A DNA stretch of 63,766 nt, filler included, from Basidioascus undulatus (Eukaryota): NCBI GenBank assembly GCA_000826855.1. It is 7 parts of 7 records of this genome, joined end to end, with 100 filler letters (N's around TTAATTAATTAA, not from the genome) between each part and the next. Parts side by side here need not be neighbours in the genome. Positions count along the whole stretch, not along the records: positions 1 to 26,806 come from JTLS01000181.1; 6 more parts are not named here. One strand, 5' to 3'. Positions 11,428 through 22,931 of the stretch are shown here, piece after piece; position 1 is the stretch's first letter, and the number at the start of each line of letters is the position of its first letter. A program made the translations under genes and the position numbers. The notes under the pieces were generated by a model that made no database searches, was not told the origin of the DNA, and saw nothing but the letters and a program-made list of their open reading frames with translations.

Positions 11428-13436
11428 ATGATGTTCTTCTCCACTTCTCCCTCCGCGCTGGTCGCCACTGCCGTCCTGGTTCTTCCGTCGATGGTTCGCG
11501 CCCACGGCGTCGTCTACGGTGCGTAGCCGACAATCCCGAGGCCTTTTCAACAAAGGCTAGTTGGTGGGTTTTTGAAATACAGACATGAAGACCTCAAGCG
11601 GCACCACCTACAAGGGCCCTCTGATCGGTGCCAGCTCGAACGAGTCTCCCATCTGGCACGAGACCACCAGCAGCCCGATCACCTCGATTAGCGACGACGG
11701 CCTCTTCTGCGGTACTGGCGCTACCGCTGCGACGCACTCTGGAACTATGTAAGAGGCCTTTTTTCGCACCTGCTCTGCTCCAACGTTCTAACTGCTGACG
11801 CCGTGCATTCCATTTGAAGTGCCGCCGGCCAGAGCGTCGAAGTCACTTGGAGGTCCGGATACGCCGACCCTGGCTCTAACTGGCCCCATTACGTCCGTAG
11901 ACATCTAATTTCTTCTGAAAGAAGATAGTAGATTAAGTTCTATCCTCCAGGTCGGACCGATCATGACCTACATGGCGAAGTGCGACGACGACTGCTCGTC
12001 GCTTACGGCCCAATCTGCCAACTTTTCCCTGATCTCCGAGCTGAGCGGCGACGCCTCGACAAACACCTGGGACACGCACAAGCTCTGTGAGTGAATTATT
12101 GCTTCATATAATCAGGTACAAACAGCACCGATCGCTAATCGTTCGGTCCATTTCAGACGACGGAAACAGCGTCAGCTTCACGATCCCTTCCGACCTAGCT
12201 GCTGGAAACTACTTGATCAGGGTGCTACACACTTTCCAGGTCATATAGGGGCTCATGATGTTTCACTATCAGCACGAGATCATCGCGGTTCGTCAATCCA
12301 TGCCGTTGGCACTGTCCGGTCCTTGTTCTATTTGTGCTGACCCTCCACACCACTCTAGCTTCACACGAGCCCCCGCCGAGCACTGTAAGTTTCCATTCCG
12401 AATGTCTTCAAAGGAGCTTCGGGCGCTGACTCGATCTTCAATCGTAGATGCGTCCTGCAGCAACTGGCAGGTGACGGGCGGTGGCTCTCTCTCACCTTCC
12501 GACATTGCGCAGTTCCCCGGCGGTTGTACGTCGTCTTCGCTTCATAAACTGGCTAACCGCTAGTGGCTGACGGGCATTCGGTATAGACTCCGACAATGAG
12601 GCCTCCCTCTCTTCCGTGAGTGCGCTGCTGTCGCGAGACAAATAGACAAGAAATTGACAGATTCATGCCTTTTTGCGGTAAGGCTGAGCCCAGCGTGTCC
12701 GGCTTCTCCTTCCCCGGACACCTCTCGTAAGTTGTGTACCCTCTTCATGAGTCCTAGGTCAGGAACTGCTGTTCTTATTCCCCGTTAGCGTCGTTGGCGA
12801 CTCGTCCTCCGGCGGCGACTCCAGCTCTGGCAGCAGCGACTCATCCGACTCCGGTGCCTCAAGCACGTCCGCCGCCGCTTCCTCGACTTCGAGCACGGAC
12901 TCCGCTTCCAGCCCCCAGAACACTGGTTATTCTAGCGCTGCCATGCCCCCCCAGCAGGGCTACGCCGCCGGCAGCGACTCGTCCCTGTCCTCGTCCTCGT
13001 CCGACCATGGTTCTTGGGCCCCCAGCGCCACCCCGACCGACGACTCGACGCCCGTCACTGCCTCGGCGGGTTCTGGCGTCTCATCCATCATGACGTCTGT
13101 GACGTCTACTGGGAGTGGGGCGTCGGCGACTTCGACGGGCAGCGTCGATGTCAGCGCTTGCGACTCGGCATGGACCGGTAAGCTTTCCTTTAAGCTGGTT
13201 ATCGTCGGGAAGAAGACTGATCACTGTTGTATCGCAGCCTGCAACGCCGCATACGTCCCCGGGAACCAGTACGCCTGCCAGACCGAGTTCGTGTCGTGCA
13301 GCAAGTTCCACTCGCGATTCAAACCTCTTCCATGCACCCTTCTCACCATCACTCTCTCAATCACAGTCGGCAAAGGCGTCAGCCGCCGTCGTGCCCTCCG
13401 GGAGCACCGGCCCGCCGCCGCGCCCTCCACTTCTGA
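11428..13436 (+). CDS. AA9 (GH61)-type lytic polysaccharide monooxygenase with Ser-rich linker and Cys-containing C-terminal module; apparent 1-nt frameshifts
   Basis: Signal peptide ending VRA followed by N-terminal His (HGVVY); WPHYVGPIMTYMAKC; FTIPSDLAAGNYLIRHEIIALH; AEHYASC; FPGGY. Many short exons. Confidence 0.85.
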
Positions 13437-14799
13437 GGGTCTTCTATTGTCTTCGTTCTTTCACTGGATGTACAAGACGGATGAGCGTCAACGAAGGACC
13501 GGCTTCCTCCGTCGCGCTCAGGCTTCCATGAGCAACTTATTTTCTTTATTGCCTCTCACGCCTTTTACGTTCCACGATCTTTGTTGTACAGTCAGGAGTT
13601 GTACACAACATGGAGTACCCTAGGGGTCGTCTCGGATACCTGCTGCCATGCGGTTTGCGCACTGTGCCTTGCATCGTGTGACTGATGTTGTTGTCCGGCG
13701 GCGTTTGCTTGTTGTTCTGCAGAGAAAACCCAATGCTTCTATATGGTAGAAACATATCTCCAGAATGGAGCAATCAACAAGAGAAACCCCAGCCGACACG
13801 CCGCGCAGGACGGGGAAAATCTTCACACGATACAAGGCAAAGGAATGAAAGCTGTTGGTTTCTGACGAACTTCAAGATGTCTATCTCAGTCACTTTCTTT
13901 TTCTGGCCAGACTGACAGAAACTGAAACGCTTTCTCTGCGTCTCGTCCAAGTGGAAAGCGGGTCGCCAAGGGTCGCGAGAAAGTGGGACAGCCGTTCTCC
14001 CACAAGTAATGGCACACTCACCCTGTCCTCACAAGAAAATCTGACTACAGCAAAAGGGAACAAATCAAGTCACGAGGCAGACAATATGATAAAAATGCTC
14101 CAAACAGACATGTATCTTTGCACAATGGCGACTGGAAAAAAGGAACACAAAGAACAGGCGATCAAAAGTCCGTAAAAAGTAGGGCCAAAGTATACAGAAA
14201 GTACGATTAGAGCAGTAATTTCCCGTGAATAAGTCGAACAAGACTTCGAAGAACTGGTTGAGGCTGATGGGCATCTCCTGCGAGTCACAGCAGGCTCGAG
14301 TGCTTGACCATACTCATGTGGAGCTGCGGACGCCTGAGACCACACTTTCAAGTATTCCTTAAGTAGTATGTTAGAATACCAAAGAAAAATGTATGGGCAC
14401 TGTGCCCTGCTGTGTCCTTCAGGAGGGGAAGCTGGACGCCGTCGCTCTGCATGTGCCATGCGTAGATTGTCAGGCCTCCCTTGATCTCCTATTTCCGAGT
14501 AAGTCAACGGAGGTGATTGTACAAGAAAACCCTAGGTTTTTCGTATGATGATGGTTTGTCAAACTATTCTCGCTGATAATCGCGAGATGTGCAGTGCATC
14601 CGCGAGCAATATCCGACGATGATGATATCTGAAGGGCCTTGAAGCCGATATCGACCGCAAGTGACGCGCGTCGCTGCCATCATCCACCCTCTCACCGTCG
14701 TTACCCTAGTTCTCGCCGTTCTCTCAACACGTCCATCATCTGGGGGCCTCAGAAATCACATTCACACCTCCCGGACATATCCATTCCAGCTCTCGAATT

Positions 14800-15962
14800 A
14801 TGTTAGCCTCCAGCGCCTCCACTCCCTGGCCACTCTGCGGCTGACCCCGGCCGGCCTCTCCCTCAGGCCCATTCAACACCAGTTCAACCCGTACACGGAA
14901 AACGGTGGCTCGGTGCTCGCCATCGCGGGGAAGGACTTCTGCGTCATCGCGGGAGACACGCGCCAGTCCGAGGGCTACTCGATCCAGTCCCGCAACGAGC
15001 CCAAGGTCTTCCGGCTGTGCGTGTACATGCCACTCGGGAGGCAAGTGCAGGGGGAGGTGCTGATTCGGCAGGTTCGGGGAAATCAGGAATGACAAGGCCA
15101 CTATTGCTGTGAACGGGTTCGCGGCGGACGGGAAGCAGCTGGTGAAGCGCATCAAGCAGCGGCTGGAGGTGCGTCTCCCCATCCGACTTGGTCTTCTCGT
15201 GCTCCGGCGTCTGATGGTCCTCGCCTGCTGCGGCTTGCGGAATGAAACAGTGGTACAAGTACGCGCACAACAAGGACATGCCCCTCAAGTCGATCGCGCG
15301 CATGGTCCAGACCATCCTCTACGGCCGGCGCTTCTTCCCATACTACGCCTACGTCATCCTCGGCGGTATCGACCTTGACGGTGCGCCCCCCGTCCTAACC
15401 ACGCTCCTACCTCTTCCTGTTTCTGAATCGGGTGTACCTGGGAACAGGGACTGGCGCGGTATACTCGTTTGACCCGGTTGGTTCGTACGAGCGCGAGTAC
15501 TGCCGTGCCGCAGGTGCAGCACAATCGATCCTCCAGCCTCTGCTCGACAACCAAGTCCGTCCTTCACCTCCGCACTCCTCTCCTCCCCCTTCCGACATCC
15601 TCATTTCTCTCCTGTTCCCCTCACAGATCTACTACAAAAACCAAGTCCCCGCCGACCCCGCTAACCCGCCGATCCCGGGCAACCTCCCCCTCCCGCACGT
15701 CCTCGCGCTCGTGACGGACTCCTTCACAGGCGCGACGGAGCGGCACATCGAGGTCGGCGACGGCCTCGAGATGTACGTCGTCCTCGCACCCGGGCGCGAC
15801 ACGGGCGACCTCGTCCAGGCCGCCTCGGAGCGCGCGAAGGCGTACGAGGAGGTCGCGCCGGAGGAGGCGGAGGCGCCGAGCGAGACGGCGGGCGAGGTTG
15901 AGGGCGAGCGGGGTGGGAGGTGCAGGGTGTTCAGGATCGTGCGGGACCTGAAGAAGGACTGA
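14800..15962 (+). CDS. PRE7: 20S proteasome subunit beta-6 (PSMB1 type)
   Basis: [76 protein letters not shown]-terminal LKKD. ATG apparently split by the first intron. Confidence 0.93.
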
Positions 15963-16220
15963 GCGGGAGGAATGGGAAGGAGAGGGAGGGAGGAAGGGGT
16001 TGGGCGCGATTGAGCATGCACGAAACACTGAAACCACCCGCGACCCGGATGTTGACCGCTGCCTCGCTAGTAAGTCCTCAGGGCATGCCAACGGCGGATT
16101 CCATCTCCCGAGAGGCCGTCCGGGTACATTCCGTCGGACGCCTGGATCATTTGTCGCCCTACACAATCCAACAGGCCACGTAGCCAGAATGGCGGTGCCA
16201 GCTCCGTCGACGAGCACCTC

Positions 16221-16264
16221 CGCTCGCTTCCCCTGATTGCCACGCTCGCTTCCCCTGATTGCCA
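16221..16264. repeat. Exact 22-bp tandem duplication (CGCTCGCTTCCCCTGATTGCCA x2)
   Basis: Directly visible in the intergenic sequence. Confidence 0.9.
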
Positions 16265-16758
16265 CGACAGCGCAGCGGGGGACAAGCGGTAAGTTCGCAA
16301 AGTGGACGCCATTCGACTGCGTGAGGCTCTCGTGAAGAGTAGCCTCGCTATCAAGCTTCTGTCAGTCGCACCTCCCAAGAAGAAAGGCCTAGCCTAAGGA
16401 TCCGGCAGAGCGGTGTGCTATAACAGCGTCGGGGCCTGGGGAGAATTGAACACTTAAATACGTGAAGGGGTGACGGACCAGCTGCCTGATCGAGTGGAAG
16501 AACTAAGTATGCGTGGGATATACCGCTGTGTATTGCAGATGTGCGGATGTCAAGGAACCAGGAGCTGGCACAGGGGATTAGTGGCTGTCACGCATGCGAA
16601 TGCGACGGGATGCTGAGCAGGGAGGCCGAATGTGATGGGAATAAATAAAAGGGGGATGTACGTGGACGAGGGAAGTACAGAACTTCAGAGTGGGCCGGAA
16701 GAGAGAACGGGAAATACAGCGAGCGTGAATGAACGACAGGAACACCTTGCCCCCAACT

Positions 16759-17075
16759 TCAAGCCCCCCTCCGCTCCTGCCGGGGCCCGAGCACCCCCAC
16801 CGCCCTCCTCAGCAGCGCGACCCAAAGCATCAACACCCACAGCGCAAAGGCGAGCGCGCCAAGCACAAGCTCGCGCACGTCCCAGTCCGCCGCCCATGCC
16901 GCCGCCCACTCCTCCAGCTTGAGCCTGAGCCAGGACGCCGAGCCCTCGGGCGCGGAGGCAGCGGCGGAGGAGGTAGACAAGCGGGAGGCCCGGCGGCGGA
17001 GGAGGAGCGGGGGGAGCGGGGCGCGGAAGAACGCGTTTGGGTCGGTGGGGGGAGAAGGAGACGGCGAGGGCGAGG
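16759..17075 (-). CDS. 3' fragment of an unknown protein with a C-terminal transmembrane segment (5' part absent)
   Basis: ...WLRLKLEEWAAAWAADWDVRELVLGALAFALWVLMLWVALLRR...stop, followed by T-rich 3'UTR-like sequence on the minus strand. Confidence 0.5.
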
Positions 17076-17912
17076 GCGACGCACCTGCCGAGAGCAAGCC
17101 GAGCGTCGTCGTGCTCGGGTGGGCAAACAGCTTCGGGTCGTCGTACCTTCTCTTCCTCGCGCCGTTCTTCGCCCTCCTCTGGCTCGTCAACCTCCCGACC
17201 GGCCAACTCGTCCTAGCCGTCGGGCTCATCTCCATCCTGGCCTACCTCGAAATCGTCGACTCGACGCGGGACGAGCTCCTCCTCCGGCGGGCATTCACCT
17301 CGCCCACCGCCTTCCCCGACAACGAGCAGGACGCGAGCCTGCCGGGGACGCTCCCGCCGACCTTCGGGGAGGCGGCGTTCCTCGCGCAGCTCGGGTTCCT
17401 CCTCTTCTTTGCGACGGGGCACCAGTCCGTGCTACAGACGATCCAGTGGAAAACGGCGTTCGTCGGCTTCCCCACGCTCACCTACCCGTTTGCCCCTGTC
17501 CTCGTCGCGCTCAACACCCTCGGGCCCTTCGTCCTCACCGCGCTCGCCGTCCCCCTCCTCACCGCGTGGAACGTCAGCCCGCGCCCAGGCCAGGCCGTGC
17601 CCGTCCTCCAGCACACGCTGCGCGCCGCGCTCGCGTTCTCGGCGTACCACACTGCAGTCGCGACGTCGGCTGCCGCGTTTGCCGCCCACTTCCGGAGACA
17701 TTTGATGGGTAAGCATCGAGCTTGTTGGCTTTCTTTTCCGCGCCAAGCTGACATTTCTTGTGCGCCCAGTTTGGAAGGTCTTCGCGCCCCGGTTTATGGT
17801 TGGCGGGGTGACGCTGTTGGCGGCGGATGTGGGGTTGGTGCTGGCGGTCGGGGTGGGCGTGGCGGTGGTTGCTCGCAAGGTCAAGAGTACCATGAACGCC
17901 GATGTGGCATAA
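17060..17912 (+). CDS. GPI13: GPI ethanolamine-phosphate transferase 3 (PIG-O/Gpi13), C-terminal fragment only
   Basis: VLGWANSFGSSYL, FFATGHQSVLQTIQWKTAFVG, LNTLGP, HFRRHLM|VWKVFAPRFM; one intron at about 17709-17769. The N-terminal catalytic domain is absent upstream. Confidence 0.85.
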
Positions 17913-18337
17913 TAATAGCCGTGGCACAATAAACTGATTTCCAAAACTTTGCATGCGGTGTGCACAGTTCGAAAACGCCTGTGAGGAAGCTGAAAGGAGA
18001 CTACTTTACTGCGGTTCCAGCCAGGCTGCGCCTGTCTCTTATGCCTTGAGCATTACATTTGCAGCTTGAGCCTGCACACGCAAGTGCACGCAAGTGCGCA
18101 CAGTGGGTGTTGTGCTGAGCTCAGGAAGGGCAATGCCAGTTGCGCACATGCAAGGCCGCGCGTGACGCAGCAATCGTCGTCAGACTGTCTAAGACGGCCT
18201 GCCATGCTGTGCGCCGAGAAACGATGCGGGCGCTGCCAGGTGGAGAATCCCATTGGGACGAACTTTGCATCGTCGACATAAGCACGCGTTTCGCATTTCC
18301 GTGCAGGTGCTGTCGGAAACGATCTTCATGCACACCA

Positions 18338-19925
18338 TCACTCGCCCTCGTCGTCGGTCAACTCTTCCTCCTCTCTCACTCCAGCATGCCGCGACATCCC
18401 AGCCCGCTTCTCCCACGTCCACCCGTCCGAGGCTGGCGGTATTCGCTGCGGGATCAAGATGCTCGAGTATGGACTGTGAGTACGACGGCGCGGATTAGCT
18501 CGTGGGACTGGAACAGCAAGGAACGGGTAGTCGACGCACTATCGGCCTGGGCCAACGTTGAAAAAGATCTCGAGGTTCTTTAGGCGCCTGAGTTTAAATG
18601 ATGTGAGCTTGAGCACCTGAAGGTCGACCGCAACGGACAGACGTACCCGAGGTCGTAAGCGTTGACGAACATCTGCTCAGTTATCCGCATGAGCTGCTAT
18701 TTCATAGAGAAGTGCATGATGCACAGAACGCACCTGACCCCGCGCCGCAGCCATCTTCTGATAATGCGCATTATCGTGCGTCTCCACGCTCGTCTCGCCG
18801 TTGGAGACCATCAGGAGCTGCCAGCTGGCCATCACGCCCATCGCGAGCCCGATCGTGAGGGCCAGAATCCAGAGCAGGACGGTGAACACGGCGGGGATGC
18901 GGTACGGCCACTATGCATACAAGGAGAGGAAAGGTTAGCGTGCGAACGAGCGGGTGAAAGAGAGGAGACGCGGGAACGGACGCGAAGGAGAGGGTCAAGT
19001 GCAAGCCACGCTGAAGGATAGCCGAGAAGCACAACGGAGAAGCAGGCAACGAAGAGGTACGACCTGGTAGATAGAAGATCCGATAAGGGCTTGAAATAAG
19101 GCGGGCACGGAGGAGACACACACATGAACAGCACGAAATGTCGCTCGTTGCCGAGGCCGACCTGAAGTAAATGGAAGCGCTTGTCAGCCAGGGTGCGACG
19201 TTGATGAAGAGGCAGCTTCCAAGACTACGCACACATTGATTCAACCCTGCAGGCGTCGGGCTGCATAAGGACAAACGGAATGCATGGGTTGGGCGAGCAC
19301 GAACGTACACGGGCAGTGGTGGTCCTGTGACTCACCAACCCAGAAACATAAGGATAGGAACGATCGAAGTTGGGCAAGAAGAGGACGTGCAAACTTCAGA
19401 ACGCAGCGATTACAGACCGAGCAGTGGTGACATCTCTACAGCCAGCCCGCTGTCGCATGAGCCATCTCCCGCGCCCGACCAGTAAACGTGGAACGCACCT
19501 CCGGCTTAGGCCCCCCACACTTTCTGCACATTTTGACGCCCTCCATCTCCCCCACCTCCATGCTCAGATACGGCGGCACGACGTCTGGGAACCCAGGCGG
19601 GACTTTGATCGCCATGTAATAGTGGTAGAAGAGACAGACGACCACGTAGACGCAGTACGCGACCGCCAGCGTGGCGATCACGGGCGCTCGATCGAAGCTG
19701 AATAGGCTCGAAAACACCGAATCGACTGAAGATATGGGGGAAATTGCATGAGCTGGTGTCGAAGTCAGGGCAGTGTCCGGACGAACAGAAGACCACCGTG
19801 CAACCCGAGAAGAGGATCAGCGCGAGCGCGACGAAGAGCGGGCCCGTTACACCAATTATCCGGTCCGCCGCCCGCTCGAAGCGCCGGAAGCAGGTATGTA
19901 CCCGTACAGCGCAGGTGGAGAGCAT
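18338..19925 (-). CDS. DHHC palmitoyltransferase (ZDHHC16-like), multi-exon
   Basis: [56 protein letters not shown]; C-terminal ELTDDEGE stop. Confidence 0.9.
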
Positions 19926-20342
19926 GCGAGTCGGAATGATGGTGGTAGAGCATCAAGGTGGGCGGACGGCGCTGCTTGGATTCGGGCTTGCGAGGAGACG
20001 GACGGACCGCGGATGCGAGACGAACTAATGGGCCGGCTGGGCGCAAATGAACGCTTTCACTCCTTTGGTTCTCCCGACATCCGAGTAGCATTGAATGGTC
20101 TTCAGTAGCAAATATTCACTATAATTCATGTGTTGAAGACCAGAAACCAATGCGTTGAGGGCACACTGTCAACCATCTTCCTGACGCGATGCACACTGTC
20201 GGATTGCTGCCGCGACATCATGAGATGTAACAGAAAGCACGCAGTGATATGCCACTTCCAGTAAAGAAAAAAAAAGAACATAGGCCCAGGATATGAAGTC
20301 GAATTTTGGGTATGATTTGAGTCCGCCGCCCCCCAAGTGAGT

Positions 20343-22931
20343 CTAGTTGTAGTGGTGATCGTCATGCTCGTCGTGGCCTTTCCCGTCACGCGCCTGTGAC
20401 CATAAAACGTGAGCTTTACTGATACAAGAAACATAACGAAAAAGGACCCGTACCTTGTAGAGGGTAGCAGTGTCGAGGATGGTGCCGTTGCGCGACGCGA
20501 CGAATTCGTGGGTAAGGTGGGTCGCGTTGTGGAAGGTCAAGCGAGACCAACCGTATGCGTCGTCGAATGCAACGCGCGAGAAGCTGGGTGAAATCCATCG
20601 TCAGAAAGAGCCGTATGGTTCCATAAGCAACCAGGCTTACTTGGCAAGAGGCGTCCCGAGGGGGTCAAGGCCTGTGAGGACGCAGTCAGTCCCGCGCCCA
20701 CACCAATTCACAGATACCAAGAAGAATCACCGTCGTAGTGCCCGCCCGCCCCATTGATAATATACCTGTAAGATCCAAAGTTTAGCACCAAGCCAGCTGT
20801 GGGGCGCTAATGCTCGGGTGTAAGAACCCACCAAGGCGCCGACGGGTTGTTCAGCTCGGCAGGATCAGGCTGGTAGTTCGCGATCGGCGACATCCGCTGG
20901 TACGAGTGCACATGTCCGAAGAACTGAAAATAAAATAGGATTTGATTAAATGATGTAGTTTCTTCATTGAGACCACTAGAACGACTTACGACGAGGTCGA
21001 CATTGTGCTTGAGGAGCGTCGGCTCGAACGCCTGGCGGACGATGTCCTCGCCGCCGCCGTTGACGTAGTAGGGCCGGTGCGCCATGACAATGATCCAAGG
21101 AGTCTTGGAGCGGTCAACCGAAGCAAGGTCCTTCTCGAGCCTGTCGCAGTCCTGTCAGCCAGGGATCCTCGAAGTTTGCACGAGGCCGCGCTCACCAGTC
21201 GATCTGCTCGTTCGGCGCGCCAAAGGGACCAGTCTCGAAGCCTTCAGAACCACCTGTCTCCGTGGGACCGACGAGGCCGTTGCCGAGGTCCGTCTCCGAG
21301 TCAAGCTAGAGAGACAACAGGGGCGCAGCGATTAGCAGGACAGCGTTGTCAGGAATGCGTTCCGGCTTACCTGGACGAAGTGTGCGAGACCTGCATCATA
21401 CGTTGATTCACATATCAGCATCCAGAACAACATTCGTCGTTGGAATTTTTATGTGCGTACCGAAGTCCCAGCTGTAAGAAAGCGCAGACAACCCGTAAGC
21501 ATTCGGTCGTGCCTCGCGACAACACTACCACGCACGAGTACCACATGTTGCCCTGTCCACCAGACTCGGCACCCGGCATGCGGAAGTGGTTGCGGAAGCC
21601 AGTGTAGTTGTTCTGTATCGCTTCATGTGAGCTTTGCTCTGCGTCGGGGATAGGTGTTTCCTACCTGACCGGGCAAACAGAACGTGTCGTCGTAGGAGAT
21701 GCTATTTTCCTTGTCCTTGGTGCTGTGAAAAGTGGATTCATAAAGGATGCATAAAGGGTCCAAATTTTGTAAGATCGAACTGGCGCTTACCCGCCGTTGT
21801 CACAGTTCCCCTCATGGTTTCCGGGGCCGACCATGTAGGGCTTCAGCGCCGTAACGGGTTGCATCTCGTCGAAGAACTCCTCAAGGAGCTTCTCGTAAAG
21901 CGCAACGCCGTCGGTAGTACTGAGATTCACAGAACGTCACGCAGGCTGCACAGTCCAACAGGTATGGGACAACTTACAGGAAAGTTTTGTTGTTCGGGGT
22001 GTAACCCGGGAGGTACTACGTGCGAACAGCCAGTCAACAATTCGCGCCAAACAGGAAGGCTGCGAAGAGACTCCTCACCTGCTGAATACTCTCTTTCAGC
22101 CAGTAGTCGGCATAGGCGATGTCACCGGCTGCAGAGGGAACATCCCGCTGTGTCAGGAAAGTGGCAGCCGCGCGCGCTATGAACAAAAGACGCACGGTGC
22201 AGGAGAGCCTCGAAAGTGTCCATGTGCTCGACAAGGGACTGGATAGTGTCTGACATTTATGATCCATTTAGATGAATGGGAGTAATACAAGATGAAAAGT
22301 CTGATCACGAACTGGTGTCATTGGGACCAAGGGGGTTGCCGGCGCCATTGCCCACAGTGGCGCTAAGGCCCTTGTCGCCCATAACGCCTACCAATCCGAG
22401 AATACGTCAGTATCTATTATCTTATCACTTGCTCAACTGGCTCACCAAGGTCCACCACAACTGCGACCGAGAACTCGCGGTTGTCGCCCGCGCTCCGCGC
22501 AGTCCGGAAAGTGTACGTCGGCAGCTCCGCACAGTCAAAGCAGTCGGTGTTGGCGACGCGGTAGTAGTAGAGGGTATCCGGCTCGAGGTTCTGAATCGTA
22601 ACGTGGTTGTTGAAAGTCGTCGAAGTCGGGTATGTCGAGGAGTCGCCGGAAGCAGTGGAGTCCAAAGAGAAAGGGTTCGTGCTGTACTGCAGGGTCGGCT
22701 GCGAGAGCTGCGTGTAGGTGTTCCACGAAACCGTCATGCCGGTGGGGCCAGCATCTTCTCCTCAAATCAATAATCTCGTTGAAGATGAGGATAGGTACAA
22801 GACGTACAGGCCAGGCGGTGCTGCAGCGGTTCATACGGGTTCTTGGGAATGGAGCCCGGAACGTGAACGGGACCAGCGGAAACAGCGACAGCCGCAGCGG
22901 CGAGGCCAAAGGCCAATGTAGGAGCCTTCAT
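20343..22931 (-). CDS. Secreted purple acid phosphatase / metallophosphoesterase, multi-exon
   Basis: Signal peptide; Fn3-like N-domain (NHVTIQNLEPDTLYYYRV); DLG, GDIAYAD, GPGNHE, AHRPYY, FGHVHSYQR, GRAGHYD and YGWSRLTFHNATHLTHEF motifs. Confidence 0.92.

Noticed and set aside
13850..14550. AT-richer segment with a short imperfect inverted repeat near 14526-14542 as a possible transposon
   Set aside because: No transposase or RT motifs, paired termini or target-site duplication could be identified.
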